Sequence record: SRR31156797_602
Reading direction: 5' to 3' (one strand)
DNA: 44,779 nt
In this document: positions 8,914 to 18,931 of the stretch, in pieces
Numbering within the stretch: the stretch's first letter is position 1
Layout: every line of letters starts with the position of its first letter
The notes under the pieces: model-generated
The model's database searches: none
What the model was told of the DNA's origin: nothing
What the model saw: only the letters and a program-made list of their open reading frames with translations
Translations under genes and position numbers: made by a program

Positions 8914-11648
8914 TTGAGCAAAAAGCCATACTCCTGCTCTCTTTCGGATATATCAGCCTTCTGTTTGCCATTGCCTTTTATGGAGACAAACGGGCGGAAA
9001 CCGGCAAAAGCATTATCAGTAATCCATATATTTATGCCCTCTCTCTTGCGGTATATTGCACGGCCTGGACATTTTACGGCAGTGTGGGCGCTGCAAGCCG
9101 ATCCGGGATTACCGGGTTCTTAAATATTTATATCGGTCCAACCTTGACCATGATCCTGGGCTTTCCGGTCATACGGAAGATCATTCGGATCAGCAAAGCC
9201 AACAAGATCACCTCCATTGCCGACTTTATTGCATCCCGTTACGGCAAGAGTTCAACCATAGCAGGAGTTGTGACGATTATCGCCCTCTTGGGCATTGTCC
9301 CTTACATATCAGTCCAAATTAAAGCCATTTCCACAACATACCAGCTTTTAAGCAGCAGTTCCCGCATGGACTCATTGACCCAGCCGCCGCCCATGTTTCA
9401 AGATACGGCGCTCTATGTGGCCTTGCTTTTGGCCGCCTTTGCCGTTTTTTTCGGCACCCGGCATCTGGATGCCACAGAGCGTCATGAAGGCCTGGTGGCC
9501 GCCATTGCCTTTGAATCCCTGGTTAAACTCCTGGCGTTCCTTTCCGTTGGGCTGTTTGTAACCTACGGCATTTATAACGGCTTTGCAGACCTTTTTGAAA
9601 AATCCGGTGCCTTTCCCGAGATTAAAAAACTTTTTGTTATGGAAATGGACGCATCCGGGTTTTCAGGATGGTACAGCGGCCTGTTTCTGTCCATGCTGGC
9701 GATTATCTTTCTTCCCCGTCAGTTCCAGGTGATCGTTGTGGAAAATGTGGATGAAAAACATCTGAATAAAGCCATATGGCTCTTCCCCCTCTATCTGCTG
9801 CTCATCAATATTTTTGTCATCCCCATCGCCTTCGGCGGGCTGCTGGGTTTTGCCGGGGAAGATGTTGTGGATGCGGACTTTTTTGCCCTCATGCTTTTGC
9901 TGGCTGAACATCATAAGGGGTTGGCCCTGTTTGTATTTATCGGCGGACTGTCCGCCGCAACGGGAATGGTCATTGTTGAAACCATTGCTTTATCCACAAT
10001 GATCTGCAACGACCTTGTCATGCCCGTATTATTTCGACTCTCCGCATTTAAACTCTCCCAGAAAAGCGACTTGAGCCATATCCTGTTAAACATCAGACGG
10101 ACCGCCATCCTTCTGGTTCTCATCCTGGGATATCTCTATTTCCATTTTGTGGTGAAATATTATACGCTTGTATCTATCGGTCTGATCTCGTTCACTGCGG
10201 TGGCGCAATTTGCGCCGGCCATTGTCGGGGGGATCTTCTGGAAGGGCGCCACGCGCGCAGGCGCATTATCCGGTCTGATGGCAGGATTTTTCATATGGGC
10301 CTATACCCTTTTGCTGCCGTCCCTTGCCCAGGCCCGGTTTCCCTTGGAAAGTTTTTTAACATACGGTCCCTTTGGAATAGAACTATTGAAACCCCAAGCA
10401 TTATTCGGGCTGGGCGCAAACCTTGACGGATTCAACCCATATGCCCATACGGTTTTCTGGAGCATGTTTTTTAATATGGGTCTCTTTTTCGGGGTGTCCG
10501 TGTTTTCCGCGCAGGATGAAGTTGAAAAGAAACAGGCGACGCTCTTTGTGGATGTGTTCAAGTATTCCGTGGAAGCGGAAAAATCCTCTTTCTGGAGAGG
10601 AACCGCTTCCGTGGGGGACTTAAAATCGATTCTTGAACGCTTTCTCGGCAAAGGCCGCACCCATGAGGCCCTGGATGTGTACGCCGAGGAAAATCACATT
10701 AACCTTGAACAGGAATCGACGGCGGACGCAGGCCTTGTCAGTTATGCGGAAAAACTTCTGGCGGGGGCTATCGGATCCGCTTCCGCCCATGCCATGGTAA
10801 CCTCGGTGGTCCAGGAAGAGCCTCTGGGAGTCCATGATATTATGAGCATCCTTGATGAAACCCAGCAAATTATTATTTACAGCCGGGAACTTGAATCAAC
10901 CACCCGGGATCTTGCCGCTGCCAATGAACGGCTCAAAGAACTGGATCAATTGAAAAACGAATTTATTTCCACGGTGACCCATGAACTTCGAACCCCGTTA
11001 ACATCCGTGAGGGCGCTGGCTGAAATCCTCCATTCCAATCCGGATCTTGACGCCGAGCGGCATGAAAAATTTTCCGGAATCATCATTACGGAAAGTGAAA
11101 GACTCTCCAGGCTCATCAATGATGTTCTAAATTTTCAAAAGATCAAATCCGGTAAAATTCAATGGGAATTTTTGAGAACCGATATTGGGGAGATAATCGA
11201 AGAATCCGTGGTATCAACAAGCCAGCTCATTCATGACCATCACATTGATCTGAAATTGCTTCTTCCGGAAAAAAGAGTGCATGCGTCGGTGGATCGGGAC
11301 CGTTTCATACAGGTCATGATAAATCTGATATCCAATGCCGTGAAATTTTGCGACACGGATCAGGGCCGCATTGAAATCGGCTTATCAAGTAAGCGGAATT
11401 TAATCCGCGTATATGTGAAGGACAACGGCATCGGCATCAGTCCAACGAACCGGGAGATCATCTTCGAGGAATTCAGGCAAATTAAGGATTCTTCCAAGGG
11501 AAGACCCTTGGGAACAGGGGTGGGACTCACCATTACCAAGCATATTATTGAAGCCCATAAAGGTAAAATCTGGGTGGAAAGTGAGCTGGACAAAGGGGCA
11601 ACGTTTGTTTTTGCCATTCCGATAACACAGGATTCCGGCGCCCCATAA
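8910..11648 (+). CDS. CrbS/CbrA-type sodium:solute symporter-STAC-histidine kinase
   Basis: SLC5 domain (YALSLAVYCTAWTFYGSVG, SIADFIASRYGKS, LPRQFQV), STAC (LAGAIGSASA), H-box HELRTPL, and N/G boxes NLISNAVKF, DNGIGI, GTGVGL. Confidence 0.9.
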   Translation: MIEQKAILLLSFGYISLLFAIAFYGDKRAETGKSIISNPYIYALSLAVYCTAWTFYGSVGAASRSGITGFLNIYIGPTLTMILGFPVIRKIIRISKANKITSIADFIASRYGKSSTIAGVVTIIALLGIVPYISVQIKAISTTYQLLSSSSRMDSLTQPPPMFQDTALYVALLLAAFAVFFGTRHLDATERHEGLVAAIAFESLVKLLAFLSVGLFVTYGIYNGFADLFEKSGAFPEIKKLFVMEMDASGFSGWYSGLFLSMLAIIFLPRQFQVIVVENVDEKHLNKAIWLFPLYLLLINIFVIPIAFGGLLGFAGEDVVDADFFALMLLLAEHHKGLALFVFIGGLSAATGMVIVETIALSTMICNDLVMPVLFRLSAFKLSQKSDLSHILLNIRRTAILLVLILGYLYFHFVVKYYTLVSIGLISFTAVAQFAPAIVGGIFWKGATRAGALSGLMAGFFIWAYTLLLPSLAQARFPLESFLTYGPFGIELLKPQALFGLGANLDGFNPYAHTVFWSMFFNMGLFFGVSVFSAQDEVEKKQATLFVDVFKYSVEAEKSSFWRGTASVGDLKSILERFLGKGRTHEALDVYAEENHINLEQESTADAGLVSYAEKLLAGAIGSASAHAMVTSVVQEEPLGVHDIMSILDETQQIIIYSRELESTTRDLAAANERLKELDQLKNEFISTVTHELRTPLTSVRALAEILHSNPDLDAERHEKFSGIIITESERLSRLINDVLNFQKIKSGKIQWEFLRTDIGEIIEESVVSTSQLIHDHHIDLKLLLPEKRVHASVDRDRFIQVMINLISNAVKFCDTDQGRIEIGLSSKRNLIRVYVKDNGIGISPTNREIIFEEFRQIKDSSKGRPLGTGVGLTITKHIIEAHKGKIWVESELDKGATFVFAIPITQDSGAP

Positions 11649-11721
11649 TGGACCGGGATGATCGGACAAAAGCTTTTGATCTGAAGGGTCGCTGCTTCAA
11701 ACAGATCGGTGGGAGGAAATC

Positions 11722-12096
11722 ATGCCGAAAAAAATATTAATCGTTGATGACGAGCCCAATATTATTGTGCCTTTAGAGTTTTTGATGGAGCAGAACAATT
11801 ATGACGTCAAGGTGGCGGATACGGGAGAGAAGGCCCTTGATTTAATGGAAAATTATAATCCGGATCTCATCCTCCTGGATATCATGCTGCCAGGGATGGA
11901 CGGGTATGAGGTCTGCCAGAAAATCAGAATGAATCCCAACTTCAAAACCATGAAAATCGTATTTCTTTCAGCCATGGCAAGAAGTATTGATATTGCAAAA
12001 GGGATGGGGCTTACCGCGGATGACTACATCACAAAACCCTTTTCCAATGCCCATGTGGTGGATCGTATAAACGCGCTTTTAAAGGACGATGAATAG
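11722..12096 (+). CDS. Single-domain response regulator receiver
   Basis: ILIVDDE, LILLDIMLP, DDYITKPF; RBS GGGAGG. Confidence 0.92.
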   Translation: MPKKILIVDDEPNIIVPLEFLMEQNNYDVKVADTGEKALDLMENYNPDLILLDIMLPGMDGYEVCQKIRMNPNFKTMKIVFLSAMARSIDIAKGMGLTADDYITKPFSNAHVVDRINALLKDDE

Positions 12097-12102
12097 ACCC
12101 TT

Positions 12103-14343
12103 CTATTCTCCGATAAATTCTTTTGCCAAACGCATTTGAAGCAGCTTTATCTTCTTGAGTACTTCTTTTAACATTTTTTGTTCCATTTTAGATAATTTCT
12201 TAGGATTAATGTAATTATCCGGTTTCATATTCTCACCGATAATCGCATTGATCTGCCGCATAAATCTAAGCTGCAGTAAAAAGCCATAGGCCTGTTCAAT
12301 CTCGTTGTAATCATCCCGGCTAAAAACACCCTTGATGTATAATTCATGCAATCGGCTCTGGGTGTTGGTCTGGATGATGCCGTTTTTTAAAGAATAGATG
12401 CGAGCAAAATCGACCATGGGCGCCATGCAGGTTTTGATATCCAGACTTTTTTTATGCTTGCCTTTGGATTCAACGATAAAATTGCCCCGAAAACCGATGG
12501 GCGGGCGAAAGCCCAAGGAATTCTGCGCCATAAATCTTAAAAATCCGGATCGCTCATCCAAAGAGCGCAACAGATGAAGTCTTAATTCCTCTGTGAGATT
12601 CTTGTTGCCATGGGTATGCCTGAAATCAAAAAAGATAGTGGTATGCAGGAGATTTTCAGGCTCCGCGGTACGAATCCATTGGGTAAAATACCTTTTCCAG
12701 GTGGAAAGGGGCCGGCACCATTTCGGATTTTTGGCCATGATCCCGCCCGGACAAAGATCATACCCTGCCTGATCCAGCCATAAACATATCTTTTCGCCCA
12801 GTTGGAGAAAATAGCGTTGAACCGCCTCTTCCGTGAGATCCGTATCCGGATCAATGTCCCCAAAAATAATGGCATTGTCCTGATCGGTTTTAAGGGTCTG
12901 CTCCTGCCTTCCTTCACTGCCGAGGGTCATAAATGCAAAGGAGACAGGCGGCGGGCCCTGTTCCTTGAGTGCGAATTCAATGATCTTTTCCAAAATCGCA
13001 TCGGAAAACGTGGTGATCAGCCAGGTCACGGTCTTGGTCTTTGTCCCGCCGGTCAACATGCTGTGAATCAACCCGGGCAATTGGCTGTGTTTACCCATAA
13101 TGGCTTCCAAGGTCTTTGCCTGGCTGATTTCACGGATAAGGGCGGTATAGTTGAGTTCGGTTAAAAGGCGATTATCCAGTTCCGGGTCGAGGCCGGATTT
13201 GTTGAACAGTTCCGGATCATAAATCTCAAATTGTGCCTCGGGCAATACCATCATCGGTTTTACAACCTGACCGTTTTCCGCTTTGTCTCCCGGTATCAAC
13301 AGCCTGAGATACGGCGTTGCCGAACGGTCATCCGCTTCAAAGGGCCAAAGGGCGGCATGATTGGCATTGATGGCCTCTTTTAAGGTCAAAGGAAATATCT
13401 GCCCTGAAATATCGGGGTACCGGTCTTCCCATTCTTTAATGGCATCCGCTTCAAGTGCCCGGCCTTGCCAGTGAAGATCAATGTTGACGATTTCATTCCT
13501 CACGGCAACGGAACCCAAAAACTCGTGAATCCCCGTCTTATCCTTCAACCGGCTCAGCAGAAAAAGAATCACCATGGTAAGGGCATACCGGTCCCCTTTA
13601 ATAAGTATATCCGCATCAATATCTTCCAGGGTTAATTGAATGTGGAGTTTTTCGCCGGCTCTTCGGGCAATGGTTTCAAAAAAATCCGCAGCGGCAATGG
13701 TTTCCATGGATTGTTTGATTCCGGTCAGACTGGCATAGTTTTCCGAGACCTCATTTAAAACATTACTCAAAGCAAGGGATTCATTGTGAATGATCTCTTT
13801 AAATTTATCCTGGCGGGTCGGGTCCATCCCGGGATAATCCATTATCGCTTCTATGGCTGCACGTATGCTTGCAATGGGGGATCGCGCATTCTTCGCAAGG
13901 GAGTGCAAGGTGTCTTCCATCTTTTTGTCGATCTCATTCTGCCGGGAGATGTCCTCCAACATCAAAACAAACCCTCTAAATTGTCCGGCGGAATCAAGCA
14001 ACGGCGTCACCCTTGACCGGACCGTATTCTGATGAACCCTGAAAATAAAATAGGAGACCGTACCCAATACATTTTTTTTCAACCGTTCATTGATTTCATC
14101 CAAGGTATGTTCAATAAGATTTTTGTCGATCAACGCCGTGACCGTTTGCCCCAAAAATGGAAAAGTCCCATGATCTTCTTCCAATTTTAACAAGGCATTC
14201 ACCGGCTTGTTGTATAAAAGGATTTCTCCCCCGGCATTGCAGACAATGATGCCCTGGGGGAGACTGGCAATAACCGAAGCAAAAAGCCTGTTTTCTTTAT
14301 CCGATTCTTTTTCGGTTTTAAAATCTTGATGAGAATCGGTCAT
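12103..14343 (-). CDS. PAS + pseudo-HisKA + DUF294/DUF294_C putative nucleotidyltransferase
   Basis: N-terminal PAS (LPQGIIVCN), GSEGRQEQTLKTDQDNA, CPGGIMAKNPKWC, IFFDFR, DIK...PMVDFAR. Start uncertain (14343 ATG or 14370 TTG). Confidence 0.8.
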   Translation of the reverse strand: MTDSHQDFKTEKESDKENRLFASVIASLPQGIIVCNAGGEILLYNKPVNALLKLEEDHGTFPFLGQTVTALIDKNLIEHTLDEINERLKKNVLGTVSYFIFRVHQNTVRSRVTPLLDSAGQFRGFVLMLEDISRQNEIDKKMEDTLHSLAKNARSPIASIRAAIEAIMDYPGMDPTRQDKFKEIIHNESLALSNVLNEVSENYASLTGIKQSMETIAAADFFETIARRAGEKLHIQLTLEDIDADILIKGDRYALTMVILFLLSRLKDKTGIHEFLGSVAVRNEIVNIDLHWQGRALEADAIKEWEDRYPDISGQIFPLTLKEAINANHAALWPFEADDRSATPYLRLLIPGDKAENGQVVKPMMVLPEAQFEIYDPELFNKSGLDPELDNRLLTELNYTALIREISQAKTLEAIMGKHSQLPGLIHSMLTGGTKTKTVTWLITTFSDAILEKIIEFALKEQGPPPVSFAFMTLGSEGRQEQTLKTDQDNAIIFGDIDPDTDLTEEAVQRYFLQLGEKICLWLDQAGYDLCPGGIMAKNPKWCRPLSTWKRYFTQWIRTAEPENLLHTTIFFDFRHTHGNKNLTEELRLHLLRSLDERSGFLRFMAQNSLGFRPPIGFRGNFIVESKGKHKKSLDIKTCMAPMVDFARIYSLKNGIIQTNTQSRLHELYIKGVFSRDDYNEIEQAYGFLLQLRFMRQINAIIGENMKPDNYINPKKLSKMEQKMLKEVLKKIKLLQMRLAKEFIGE

Positions 14344-14607
14344 CTTCAAACCTTGTTTTTTTGGTATCAACAGATAACAATTGGGAGATGCCGGTTAAAG
14401 ATTTTCTTATGGATGACCAATGGGGCGCCTTGAAATCCGCTTCCCTGTGGGCCTGACGGGCCTGGGCCGGATTAAGATAACACATTGAAACGGTAAAATA
14501 AATAAAGGAATGCCTCTTGAAATGAGGGGCAAGGCTCCATGCTTTGGAACGTAGGATGTTCCTTATGTTGCCGGATCATATTGAAGTTTGACAAAGCCCG
14601 CACCGCT

Positions 14608-15768
14608 TTACCAGCGTATGTCAAACCGGCAGTCCTTTCCATCAATGTTCCCCATGCCGCCATCCGGGAAATATTCCTCATTGGTTTCTATCTTCCCGTT
14701 GCCGTTCAAATCGACGAAGATGCCGTCGTTGGTAAAATCGGCGTCATTGCCTCCCCGCTCCGCAATATAAGCCCGGTAATTCTTCCCATGGACAGTTACA
14801 CGGCCTTTCATCTGGGTGATGCTGTAGTGACGCACACTTCCCTTTGCCCAAAGGCTTTTGTTGGTGAAAAACCAAATTTTAAAATCCACGTCCCTGTTCA
14901 TTTCCTTTATCAACCGCCTCATGGGGATTTGGATCACCGTTCCGAAGATGCCGCGGCCCCTGTTTTCAAGGGGCGGATCATCGGTAAGGTTTCGGTTCTG
15001 GTTTCCATCGAAGTGGAGAAGGGAGCGCCCATCCGGAATGATGTCCAGGATGAAATCATACGTCCGATTATCCCCGGTCCCCAACTGGAGCTTTCCGTAT
15101 TTCCGTTTACCCACTTTGGGTTCGGGCTCCTGAATGAGATATCCAGGGGGTGAATCCGCAAGCTTCGGGTGAACGCCGCTCCTTGATGAGACCTTCATGT
15201 CCACCGGTTCAAATTCTTCGGAGATGGAGACGGATATCCTTGCGGCATTTTCAGGGGACAGAGGGACGTCCCCATCGGAATCACCGGTCCATTTCTTTAG
15301 GAGGGATGCCGCATCCTTCACGGTCTCGCTTACGGCTTCCGCCACTTGCTTCTCCATATCCTTGATGTTAAAACCTCTCCATGCCAGATAGCCGCACAAA
15401 CCGATGAAAACGCAAAGGGCGGTGATAAAAATCACAAGGGCCGGAATGTCGCGGGAATGTTTTTTTTCGGAAACCGCAACGGAAGACCATTTGTCCGGGC
15501 TTTTCACCGGTTCGGAGAGGCCTTTTGTTTCCCCTTTCAACTTCTCCACCCGCAAGATGGCGCCGGCCTTGCGAAAGGCCGTCTTCGCCTTATGGGCCGT
15601 TTCCCCATTGACCTGTTTCTTCAGAACGAACGGCTTTCCGGAAAAAAGATCTTCCACCTGTCTTTCAGTTATCTTGAGCAAGGTGCGGAGATTCTCCTTA
15701 ACCCGCTCTTTTTCCTGTCCGGGGAAGATCTTCCCCTCAAAAATCAGTCGATAGGATACTTCAGTCAT
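14608..15768 (-). CDS. Membrane-anchored hypothetical protein (cytoplasmic N-terminal domain, one TM helix, periplasmic domain with DxNxN motifs)
   Basis: Start MTEVSYRLIFEG after RBS AAGGGA; TM ALVIFITALCVFIGLCGYLAW; FDGNQNRNLTDD and VDLNGNGKIE. The track's 600-aa ORF includes a spurious upstream extension. Confidence 0.7.
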   Translation of the reverse strand: MTEVSYRLIFEGKIFPGQEKERVKENLRTLLKITERQVEDLFSGKPFVLKKQVNGETAHKAKTAFRKAGAILRVEKLKGETKGLSEPVKSPDKWSSVAVSEKKHSRDIPALVIFITALCVFIGLCGYLAWRGFNIKDMEKQVAEAVSETVKDAASLLKKWTGDSDGDVPLSPENAARISVSISEEFEPVDMKVSSRSGVHPKLADSPPGYLIQEPEPKVGKRKYGKLQLGTGDNRTYDFILDIIPDGRSLLHFDGNQNRNLTDDPPLENRGRGIFGTVIQIPMRRLIKEMNRDVDFKIWFFTNKSLWAKGSVRHYSITQMKGRVTVHGKNYRAYIAERGGNDADFTNDGIFVDLNGNGKIETNEEYFPDGGMGNIDGKDCRFDIRW

Positions 15769-15809
15769 GATCGAATCCCTTTCCCATCGTTCAGGCGATT
15801 CTATCGATA

Positions 15810-16310
15810 TCAGCCGGCCGGCTTCTCTCGGGGGACCCGGAAAACCCGCATGATTTTCACGGCCCAGTAGACCACGTAAGCCATGTACATTCCCAATGGC
15901 CACCAGAAAATATCCTCCCGGAGCCGAACCGGATCCGACAGGTTCGCTTGCAGGGAAAGCAAACCCACTACGAACATGAAGGCGAAGGTGACGGAGCCGA
16001 ACCGGAATAACATTCCGGAGAGCAACATTACCATTCGGTTCCGGTTTTCTTCTTTCAACCAATAGGCCTTGTTCGGGAGGTTGATCCAGCGGGCCGGCGT
16101 CTTGCGGAGAAGATGGGGGATAAAATAGAGCGACAGGAACAAAAGCCCATTGGCCCCGGCCATGATCAGGGCACTGACATAGGCCGGCGCCCAGCCGTCG
16201 GGTTCGCCCCCAAAGCCGAAATGGATCGCAACGGTCGAGGGGGATACGGCCAGGGAGACAAGGGCCAGAACCAGGTTCGCCGCAAAGGCTAGGATGAAGA
16301 CGGTACGCAT
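15810..16310 (-). CDS. DUF1648-type membrane protein
   Basis: VAIHFGFGGEPDGW and INLPNKAYW motifs, four TM segments; ATG 16310 after GAAGAGG. Confidence 0.8.
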   Translation of the reverse strand: MRTVFILAFAANLVLALVSLAVSPSTVAIHFGFGGEPDGWAPAYVSALIMAGANGLLFLSLYFIPHLLRKTPARWINLPNKAYWLKEENRNRMVMLLSGMLFRFGSVTFAFMFVVGLLSLQANLSDPVRLREDIFWWPLGMYMAYVVYWAVKIMRVFRVPREKPAG

Positions 16311-16526
16311 GTAAACCTCTTCCGTGAACCCGAATGGCCGGCCGGGGGGCGGACCAGGAGCGGGCCATATGCTGAATCTTCCGATTCTCAATAAATAATA
16401 GACCCATCAATAGGAGTCAAGAACAGATCCGGCCCCTTTAAAGTCCGTCAAATCCTTGACTCCCAATGTCATCATGAAGCGGGACGGCAGAGGCAGGCGG
16501 TGAAGTGATTGCCGCAGCGGGCGCCG

Positions 16527-17600
16527 CTAGTTCTGTTTGCGCTCGCTGGAACAATTGATATCGCCGATCAGTTTGACGGCTGCCACGTCTGCCAGAAGGG
16601 ATCCGATGGTCTCGATGGTTTTCCGAAACGGCGTGTTCCGTACGCGACTCCATCTTGCGTCGCCTTCAAAACGCTCGGGCATTTGAATATTGTATAAAAC
16701 GGGGATTTTCGGATCTTGGAGATCGTCCAGATTGAGGGCGTGGACCCTCAGCCACGCCTCGCCCGCGGGGATGACGTCCGTCAAGTAGTCGATGACCACC
16801 TGTCCGTTGTCAAAGACCGTTGTGGTCAGTTTTCTCCCCTCTTCCCAGTTGCCCAAGGTGGCGTCGGGCACCACCTCCACAAGATTCCAACCGGCAAGGA
16901 TGATGTTTTCTCCGGCGCGAATGGCGCTTCCCGTCGCCCCTTGAACAAGATCGCCGAAAAAGGCCTCTTTCATCTTGGAAAGGAAGAAGCCGGCTCGTCC
17001 CACAAACCCTTCAGGTTCTTTTTCCCCGTCCGGGCGCCAGAGACCGAAACTGAAGCCGCTGCCCAAATCTTCGAAAAAGTCCACAATGGAACCGAGCACC
17101 CCTTTCCCCTTTCCCACCTGAATCCGGTTGTTTTCATCCCGATAATGGGTGTCGGCGCCGAAAAAAATATTTCCGAAGAAATTTTTAATGTTGCCCAGAG
17201 CATCGGAAAGATCCTTTCCGATCCGATCCCAAAAGGACTCGTGGGCCTTGGGATTGGCATCAAACCTTCTTTTTTCCAGGTCATAATGGTCTCCCCCGGG
17301 ATTGCTCAAGAGCTGATCGTCTTTATACTTCTCCCAATCGCTCTGCCGTTCAAGGGGCGCCGCCTGATTTTCATAGGCAGCCGCGGCGTCGGCCTTGGAG
17401 GGTATATTGGATGCCGCGTCAAATGGATAGGGGGAGGGGAACATGGCATGATCCGAAGCATTGGAGGGACCGTGATCGGAAGGATGGACCGTCTCTCCCC
17501 TTAAAATACATTCAAATTCTTCCCATGTCGGTATGGATGGGCGCGTCCTCGGCGAATGAAGGCCTTCGGTGCGGGGCTTGTCAATAGGTTTGATTTCCAT
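16527..17600 (-). CDS. Hypothetical protein
   Basis: 357-aa ORF with a low-complexity N-terminus and an amphipathic Gly/Phe/Asp-rich C-terminal region; sigma54-like promoter upstream. Confidence 0.7.
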   Translation of the reverse strand: MEIKPIDKPRTEGLHSPRTRPSIPTWEEFECILRGETVHPSDHGPSNASDHAMFPSPYPFDAASNIPSKADAAAAYENQAAPLERQSDWEKYKDDQLLSNPGGDHYDLEKRRFDANPKAHESFWDRIGKDLSDALGNIKNFFGNIFFGADTHYRDENNRIQVGKGKGVLGSIVDFFEDLGSGFSFGLWRPDGEKEPEGFVGRAGFFLSKMKEAFFGDLVQGATGSAIRAGENIILAGWNLVEVVPDATLGNWEEGRKLTTTVFDNGQVVIDYLTDVIPAGEAWLRVHALNLDDLQDPKIPVLYNIQMPERFEGDARWSRVRNTPFRKTIETIGSLLADVAAVKLIGDINCSSERKQN

Positions 17601-17727
17601 CAAAATACGTGAATCCCTGGCCTTTTAGCGGCGTAATCCCCCATTGGGCAAAATCATTTGCTTCCGGGGCGACGATCCTGTTCAGGCCATTGGACCGCCC
17701 TGCCGATACTTGCTTCCTCTAGATGCA

Positions 17728-17743
17728 TTCAAGTTTCGTGCCA
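17728..17743 (-). promoter_or_regulatory. Sigma54 (RpoN) -24/-12 promoter
   Basis: Minus strand TGGCACG-AAAC-TTGAA: perfect -24 box and correct spacing, one mismatch in the -12 box. Confidence 0.6.
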
Positions 17744-18014
17744 ACAAAAAAAGAACCGGGATCGGGGAATGGAAAAGCCACGCCTGCCGGTCATGGCCCC
17801 CGGGGTTCCGGGTTGGTCCCCGCATGATACAATGCCCTGATGCCCCGGGTGTGGGAAGATTTTTCCGGTGTTAAAGAGGGAAAGGTTCCTTTTCTTCCCT
17901 CTGATCTATTGATCGAGGAGACAGGCCCCAGCCATGGGGCAGGGGCCGACGGCCTGAATGCAAACGAAATCTGCGGTCTGTCGCTTCACCAAATTTAAAA
18001 TGGCTGTTTTTTTC

Positions 18015-18041
18015 TAAAGTTTATTTCTGAATTGCCGATAA
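18015..18041 (+). promoter_or_regulatory. Sigma28 (FliA) promoter
   Basis: TAAAGTTT-11 nt-GCCGATAA, a perfect match to the established FliA consensus. Confidence 0.85.
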
Positions 18042-18130
18042 TATTTCGGGGAGGCAAGCAAAAATGGATATTTCATGAAAGTGAAACGGCTTTCCCAGGT
18101 TCGATTGTGATGGATTAAAGGAGGACGGCA

Positions 18131-18484
18131 ATGGTCAGTGTACTGGGAAGCAATACGGCGGCCCTTAAGGCATTTGGAACCAAGATAGACGTTACGGCCA
18201 AAAATATTGCCAATGTCAATTCGGAAGAATACAAAAAAAGCAGGGCGGCATTAAAGGCAGGTCCAAACGGTAATGTTCAGGTCGATGTGGAGCGTATCGA
18301 TACGCCCGGTCCTTTTGTTGTTTCCGAGGAAAGGGGGCAAACAACCAAAAAGGAGCTGTCCAACGTGGATTTGTCGGAAGAGATCTCCGAAATGATCATA
18401 GCCAAGCATGGTTATGGGGCAAACCTGAAGGCGGTTAAAGCGAAAGATGAAATATTAGGTGAAGCTCTCGATGTTTTAGGGTAA
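18131..18484 (+). CDS. Orphan flagellar basal-body rod/hook-family small protein (FlgC-like N- and C-terminal motifs)
   Basis: AKNIANVNSEEYK and SNVDLSEEISEMIIAKHGYGANLKAV; RBS AAGGAGG. Confidence 0.85.
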   Translation: MVSVLGSNTAALKAFGTKIDVTAKNIANVNSEEYKKSRAALKAGPNGNVQVDVERIDTPGPFVVSEERGQTTKKELSNVDLSEEISEMIIAKHGYGANLKAVKAKDEILGEALDVLG

Positions 18485-18639
18485 TCATATAAAGTTTTCA
18501 GTTGGCCCGCTGAGCCTTTGGACCCGGATCATCACGGGCCTTCTCCGATTATACTTCTGGCGGTATGGAGCATTCGGCCCGTTGGCTTGTGGCGCCTGGT
18601 TCCCATTCGCGATCATATTTTTCCGATTTCTTTAAGATC

Positions 18640-18930
18640 CTATACTTTTTGAAATCCCTTTTTGCACACCATTTCCCAAAAATCCGTTAATACCGTGAAA
18701 GGTTTGTCCGTCACGGCTGTTCGCACACCTTTTTCATACTCTTCTTTTTTTACGGGATCAGATAGAATCCTATATGCTTTAATTATTTGTCTAAACTTTT
18801 TTTTGACCTCTTTACTTGCGTTATGATCCGGGTGGTACTTGAAAACGAGCTTTCGATAGGCCCTTTTTATTTCTGATAGTGTTGCATCCGATCCAATTTC
18901 CAGTACTTCAAAATATGTGTATTCTTTCAT
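18640..18930 (-). CDS. atcJ: Short J-domain protein, AtcJ-like
   Basis: 96 aa from MKEYTYFEVLEI; KRAYRKLVFKYHPD (HPD motif); C-terminal VTDKP-x7-W extension. Confidence 0.7.
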   Translation of the reverse strand: MKEYTYFEVLEIGSDATLSEIKRAYRKLVFKYHPDHNASKEVKKKFRQIIKAYRILSDPVKKEEYEKGVRTAVTDKPFTVLTDFWEMVCKKGFQKV

Positions 18931-18931
18931 G

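Noticed and set aside
15769-16410. N-terminal extension making a 600-aa ORF
   Set aside because: It overlaps the DUF1648 gene in another frame; the real start at 15768 has its own RBS.
17920-17990. c-di-GMP riboswitch upstream of the flagellar-type gene
   Set aside because: Only short hairpins; the GEMM consensus is not recognisable, and the region lies upstream of the sigma28 promoter.
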